Positions 60,910 to 64,000 of a stretch of DNA of 64,000 nt are shown here, in pieces. The notes beneath the pieces were generated by a model, which saw only the letters and a list, made by a program, of their open reading frames with translations, ran no database searches and was not told where the DNA came from. Numbering within the stretch: position 1 is the first letter of the stretch; each line of letters opens with the position of its first letter. The DNA comes from Candidatus Cloacimonadales bacterium (lineage in GTDB: Bacteria > Cloacimonadota > Cloacimonadia > Cloacimonadales > JAFGVF01): NCBI GenBank assembly GCA_963663475.2, contig CAXXJV010000001.1, forward strand, positions 800,001 through 864,000. The letters run 5' to 3'. The position numbers were made by a program, and so were the translations under genes.

Positions 60910-61620
60910 ATGAAACACAGTAAAATAATATTAATCATCTTCCTTTTTCTGTTAGCATTTACTTGTTTGAATGCTGAAGAAGCTAAAGTTACTTTCAACA
61001 AGACAGGAAGAAAGGTTGAATTTACTATCAAGCAAGACTTCACGATGAAGGCAGTGGCTGATAGTATAAATATGCCAGTTAAGAAGCTCAAAGCTATGTT
61101 GGGCTCTGAGTTAATCAAGTACGGAGAGGACAATCCAGAATATGCTAAGTATAAATCGCAAAACAGAAAATGGGATGAACTTACTCTTTCTGAATTAGAT
61201 ATTGCTCCAACTTTAGTGGCAGAAAAGTTTGAAAAGTTTACTAAAGAAACTTTATCCTTCGGTTACAGTGTAACTTGGGTGGGGATTTTAGTTGTCTTCT
61301 GTAGTTTGCTTTTAATATCTGTTTTGATTAATCAATTCCAACATATTGAGAAAACCAAAGAGCTTAAAATAAAGAAGAAACCTGCAACTAAGACAGTTGC
61401 CAGTCCAGTAGGTAATATAACTGGTCCTGAATCTGCTATTAGTTCAAATGCTATTGTAGCAGTAATAGCTGCCTTACACAAACACAAATTATCAGTTGAA
61501 GAGAGGGTGAAAATTCAAATGACCTTCAGTAGAACTCCAGTTAATATGTGGAGTGCTTCAGCTAAGATGGATATGCCTAATAGAGTATATAATAAACCTA
61601 TTGATGGGAGTAAAAGATGA
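60910..61620 (+). CDS. Decarboxylase delta/OadG-like subunit with an N-terminal extension
   Basis: GILVVFCSLLLI TM, IVAVIAALH and W...AK motifs; position between the alpha and biotin-carrier genes. Confidence 0.75.
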   Translation: MKHSKIILIIFLFLLAFTCLNAEEAKVTFNKTGRKVEFTIKQDFTMKAVADSINMPVKKLKAMLGSELIKYGEDNPEYAKYKSQNRKWDELTLSELDIAPTLVAEKFEKFTKETLSFGYSVTWVGILVVFCSLLLISVLINQFQHIEKTKELKIKKKPATKTVASPVGNITGPESAISSNAIVAVIAALHKHKLSVEERVKIQMTFSRTPVNMWSASAKMDMPNRVYNKPIDGSKR

Positions 61621-62342
61621 AATCATATAAAATGAAGATAAATGGTGAGACTTATGATGCAAGAATAATTTCCTTTGACTCAGAGAGTGCTAAAGTTGAG
61701 GTGAATGGAAATGTATTCTTAGTAGAGTTTGAAGATGATAATCAAAATATGATACCTAGGATTACTAGAACTTACAAGGAAGCTCCTGGAGCACCTCAGT
61801 TATCAGTAGATTATGCTGATGGAAGTGTAAAAGCTCCAATTCCTGGTGTCATTGTATCTATTAAAAAGAATGTTGGGGATAGAGTAGAAAAAGGCCAAGC
61901 TATTGTTATTCTTGAAGCAATGAAAATGGAATCTGAAATTGAAGCTCCAGCATGTGGTGTTATTGAAGAGATTCTAGTAAAAGAAAAGGCTGCAGTTCAC
62001 GAAGGTGATGTCCTTGTTAAAATTAAGTTTGATGCTGTTGAAGAAGCTCCTAAAGCTAAACCACAAGAAAGACAACATACTGCTAAGGCAGCCCCAATGC
62101 CTAGTCCAACACCTCGCCCTGCTGGTAATAATTCAATTACAGCACCTATTCCTGGAACCATCATAGATATCTTAGTTAAAGAAGGAGATAAAATTACTCC
62201 TGAAAAAGCTGTCATAATATTAGAAGCTATGAAAATGGAATCAGAAGTAACTTCAGACTTCGCCGGAACAGTCAAAAAAGTCCTTGTTAGTAAAGGTCAA
62301 GCTGTTCAAGAGGGTGAAGAGCTTATTCAATTAGGAGATTGA
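61617..62342 (+). CDS. mmdC: Biotin carrier (gamma) subunit with two biotinyl domains
   Basis: YKMKINGETY start; two APIPG...ILEAMKMESE domains. Confidence 0.88.
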   Translation: MKSYKMKINGETYDARIISFDSESAKVEVNGNVFLVEFEDDNQNMIPRITRTYKEAPGAPQLSVDYADGSVKAPIPGVIVSIKKNVGDRVEKGQAIVILEAMKMESEIEAPACGVIEEILVKEKAAVHEGDVLVKIKFDAVEEAPKAKPQERQHTAKAAPMPSPTPRPAGNNSITAPIPGTIIDILVKEGDKITPEKAVIILEAMKMESEVTSDFAGTVKKVLVSKGQAVQEGEELIQLGD

Positions 62343-62344
62343 TA

Positions 62345-63472
62345 ATGGCTGAATTTATAAATTTCTTTGAAACTACAGGATTTTATAATATTAATTTTGG
62401 TTATGCCATGATGATAGTCATAGGATTAGTTTTCATCTATCTAGGTATTGCTAAACATTATGAACCCCTTCTTTTAGTACCTATTGGCTTTGGTATATTA
62501 ATAGGAAATATACCAGGTGTTGGTTTGCAAGGTCAGGGTGTGTACGATGAAGGTTCAGTATTATATTATCTTTATTTAGGTGTTAGTAAAGGTTATTATC
62601 CTCCACTAATTTTCTTAGGTATTGGAGCTATGACCGACTTCTCAACTCTCATTGCTAATCCTAAGTTGATTCTGATTGGAGCTGCTGCTCAAGCAGGTAT
62701 TTTTATTACCTTTATCGGCTCACTCTTGTTAGGATTTAACGTTATGGAAGCTGCCTCTATTGGTATAATTGGTGGTGCTGACGGACCTACTTCGATTTAT
62801 ATATCATCAAAGTTAGCTCCTCATTTATTAGGTGCAATTGCCATTGCTGCTTACTCTTATATGGCCCTTGTTCCTGTTATTCAACCTCCAATTATGAAAC
62901 TTCTTACTACTAAGAAAGAGAGACAAATTCATATGAAAACTCCACGTTTAGTAACTAAACAAGAAAAGATTATCTTTCCTATTGTCGGATTAATTGTTAC
63001 TTGTTTTATTGCTCCAGGTGGTATTGCTCTCTTGGCTATGCTCTTCTTTGGTAATTTACTTAAAGAATGTGGTGTGACAGAAAGATTAGCTGATACAGCT
63101 CGTAATGCTTTAATGAATATTATTACTATTCTTTTAGGTGTGACTGTTGGTGCTTCAACTGATGCTGGTAAATTCCTAAACTGGTCTTCTGTGAAGATCT
63201 TTATCTTAGGTGCCTTCTCTTTCTGTATTGCAACTGCTTTCGGTATTGTCTTTACCAAATTTATGAATTTATTCTTAAAAGAAAAAATAAACCCTCTTAT
63301 CGGAAATGCAGGTGTTTCAGCTGTTCCTGATTCAGCTCGTGTTTCTCAAATAGAAGGACAAAAATATAATAAACGTAACTTCTTACTTATGCATGCTATG
63401 GCACCTAATGTTGCTGGTGTTATCGGCTCAGCAGTTGCTGCCGGTGTGATGCTAGGTATCTTAGGTAATTAA
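62345..63472 (+). CDS. mmdB: Na+-translocating decarboxylase beta subunit
   Basis: YEPLLLVPIGFG, IGIIGGADGPT, YSYMALVP, GVSAVP, NVAGVIGS. Confidence 0.93.
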   Translation: MAEFINFFETTGFYNINFGYAMMIVIGLVFIYLGIAKHYEPLLLVPIGFGILIGNIPGVGLQGQGVYDEGSVLYYLYLGVSKGYYPPLIFLGIGAMTDFSTLIANPKLILIGAAAQAGIFITFIGSLLLGFNVMEAASIGIIGGADGPTSIYISSKLAPHLLGAIAIAAYSYMALVPVIQPPIMKLLTTKKERQIHMKTPRLVTKQEKIIFPIVGLIVTCFIAPGGIALLAMLFFGNLLKECGVTERLADTARNALMNIITILLGVTVGASTDAGKFLNWSSVKIFILGAFSFCIATAFGIVFTKFMNLFLKEKINPLIGNAGVSAVPDSARVSQIEGQKYNKRNFLLMHAMAPNVAGVIGSAVAAGVMLGILGN

Positions 63473-63498
63473 TCAGAAATAATTACAAATGAAATATA

Positions 63499-63529
63499 AA
63501 TCCCCCATGGAGACATGGGGGATTCTTTT
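63499..63529 (+). terminator. Rho-independent terminator
   Basis: AATCCCCCATG-GAGA-CATGGGGGATT-CTTTT. Confidence 0.88.
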
Positions 63530-63601
63530 AGTCCAAATAATGCAGTAGATTTTTGAGAATATGCACTCTTATCTAAAGCTCTACTGTGTTATCTAGGTTT
63601 A
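63528..63601. repeat. Family A internally deleted copy
   Basis: CCAAATAATGCAGTAGATTTTTG...TGCACTCTTATCTAAAGCTCTACTG...ATCTAGGTTTA; overlaps the stop of the GyrI-like gene. Confidence 0.85.
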
Positions 63602-64000
63602 TTTAACTATAATTGGTACATAGATATCGAACTTTGATGTTTCAGAATGATCTTCTGAAAATCTCTCATCAAAGATTTCTAACTCATGGCCCATAGCCCA
63701 TTCATAATCGACACTTTTAATCCATTCACAGCTAATATAACGATAAGTATCAGCAAGGCTAGCAGGACTTCCCTCATGAGTAAAAACGGCATAGGTAGCA
63801 GGTTTTACACAATAAGACTCAAGCTGGGGAATCTCTGGAGTATTTGCCTTCTTGATCATTCCTACGAAGTAAGAAAATTCATCATCAGGTCCAGGTGCCT
63901 TGTCCATAAACTGAGGGTGGGGAGGACAGATTGAGATATAAGAATCATTCTTGTAATCAAAATCTCTACCCAATACTTCCTTAAAATCCATCCATAACTT
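63599..64000 (-). CDS. GyrI-like/AraC effector-binding domain protein, 5' part outside the window
   Basis: YAVFTHEG, TYRYI..EW, ELEIFDERF, DIYVPI; frame open to the window end. Confidence 0.85.
   Translation of the reverse strand, partial: KLWMDFKEVLGRDFDYKNDSYISICPPHPQFMDKAPGPDDEFSYFVGMIKKANTPEIPQLESYCVKPATYAVFTHEGSPASLADTYRYISCEWIKSVDYEWAMGHELEIFDERFSEDHSETSKFDIYVPIIVK

Noticed and set aside
763-63934. Numerous 60-130 aa ORFs antisense or out of frame within long genes
   Set aside because: Shadow ORFs of well-supported CDSs, with no motifs or RBS
1-64000. CCGG avoidance caused by the HpaII-like system
   Set aside because: At least ~16 CCGG sites were seen by eye and CpG appears scarce overall; a Markov-corrected count would be needed before any claim

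Overview
AT-rich bacterial chromosome segment, mostly + strand and gene-dense. FlgD-Ig/T9SS-type C-terminal domains, a PorV-like gene, a C25 protease and Na+-pumping decarboxylase genes point to an anaerobic diderm of the FCB group, most likely Cloacimonadota (inference from gene content). Contents in order: a hybrid histidine kinase; a 1620-aa acidic surface protein; an rmuC/ABM/Cys-rich/M42 operon; a 2097-aa Lys-gingipain-like protease; an Asn-synthetase-like gene; DUF2207; an MltC-like gene; a DsbD-CxxC lipoprotein-TlpA-barrel-secreted protein thiol cluster; a poly-gamma-glutamate operon (pgsB, pgsC, pgsW) extended by an exported protein and a beta-barrel; gpsA; an HpaII-type R-M pair; a long wecA-to-comEC run; an Omp85-like barrel; a TetR-TolC-RND pump; a radical SAM gene; an AEC transporter; a methylmalonyl-CoA decarboxylase-type operon; and a partial GyrI-like gene. 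Intergenic DNA carries three kinds of hairpin element (a ~169-bp rod family with about 7 copies, a perfect-palindrome family with 3 copies, and one multi-hairpin element with terminal inverted repeats) plus a candidate structured ncRNA. Best leads: a possible trans-envelope thiol relay, a possible outer-membrane export route for poly-gamma-glutamate, Arg-linker processing of surface proteins, and the repeat families. No tRNA, rRNA, CRISPR array or intact transposase was seen. Family names come from motif recognition, not database searches.
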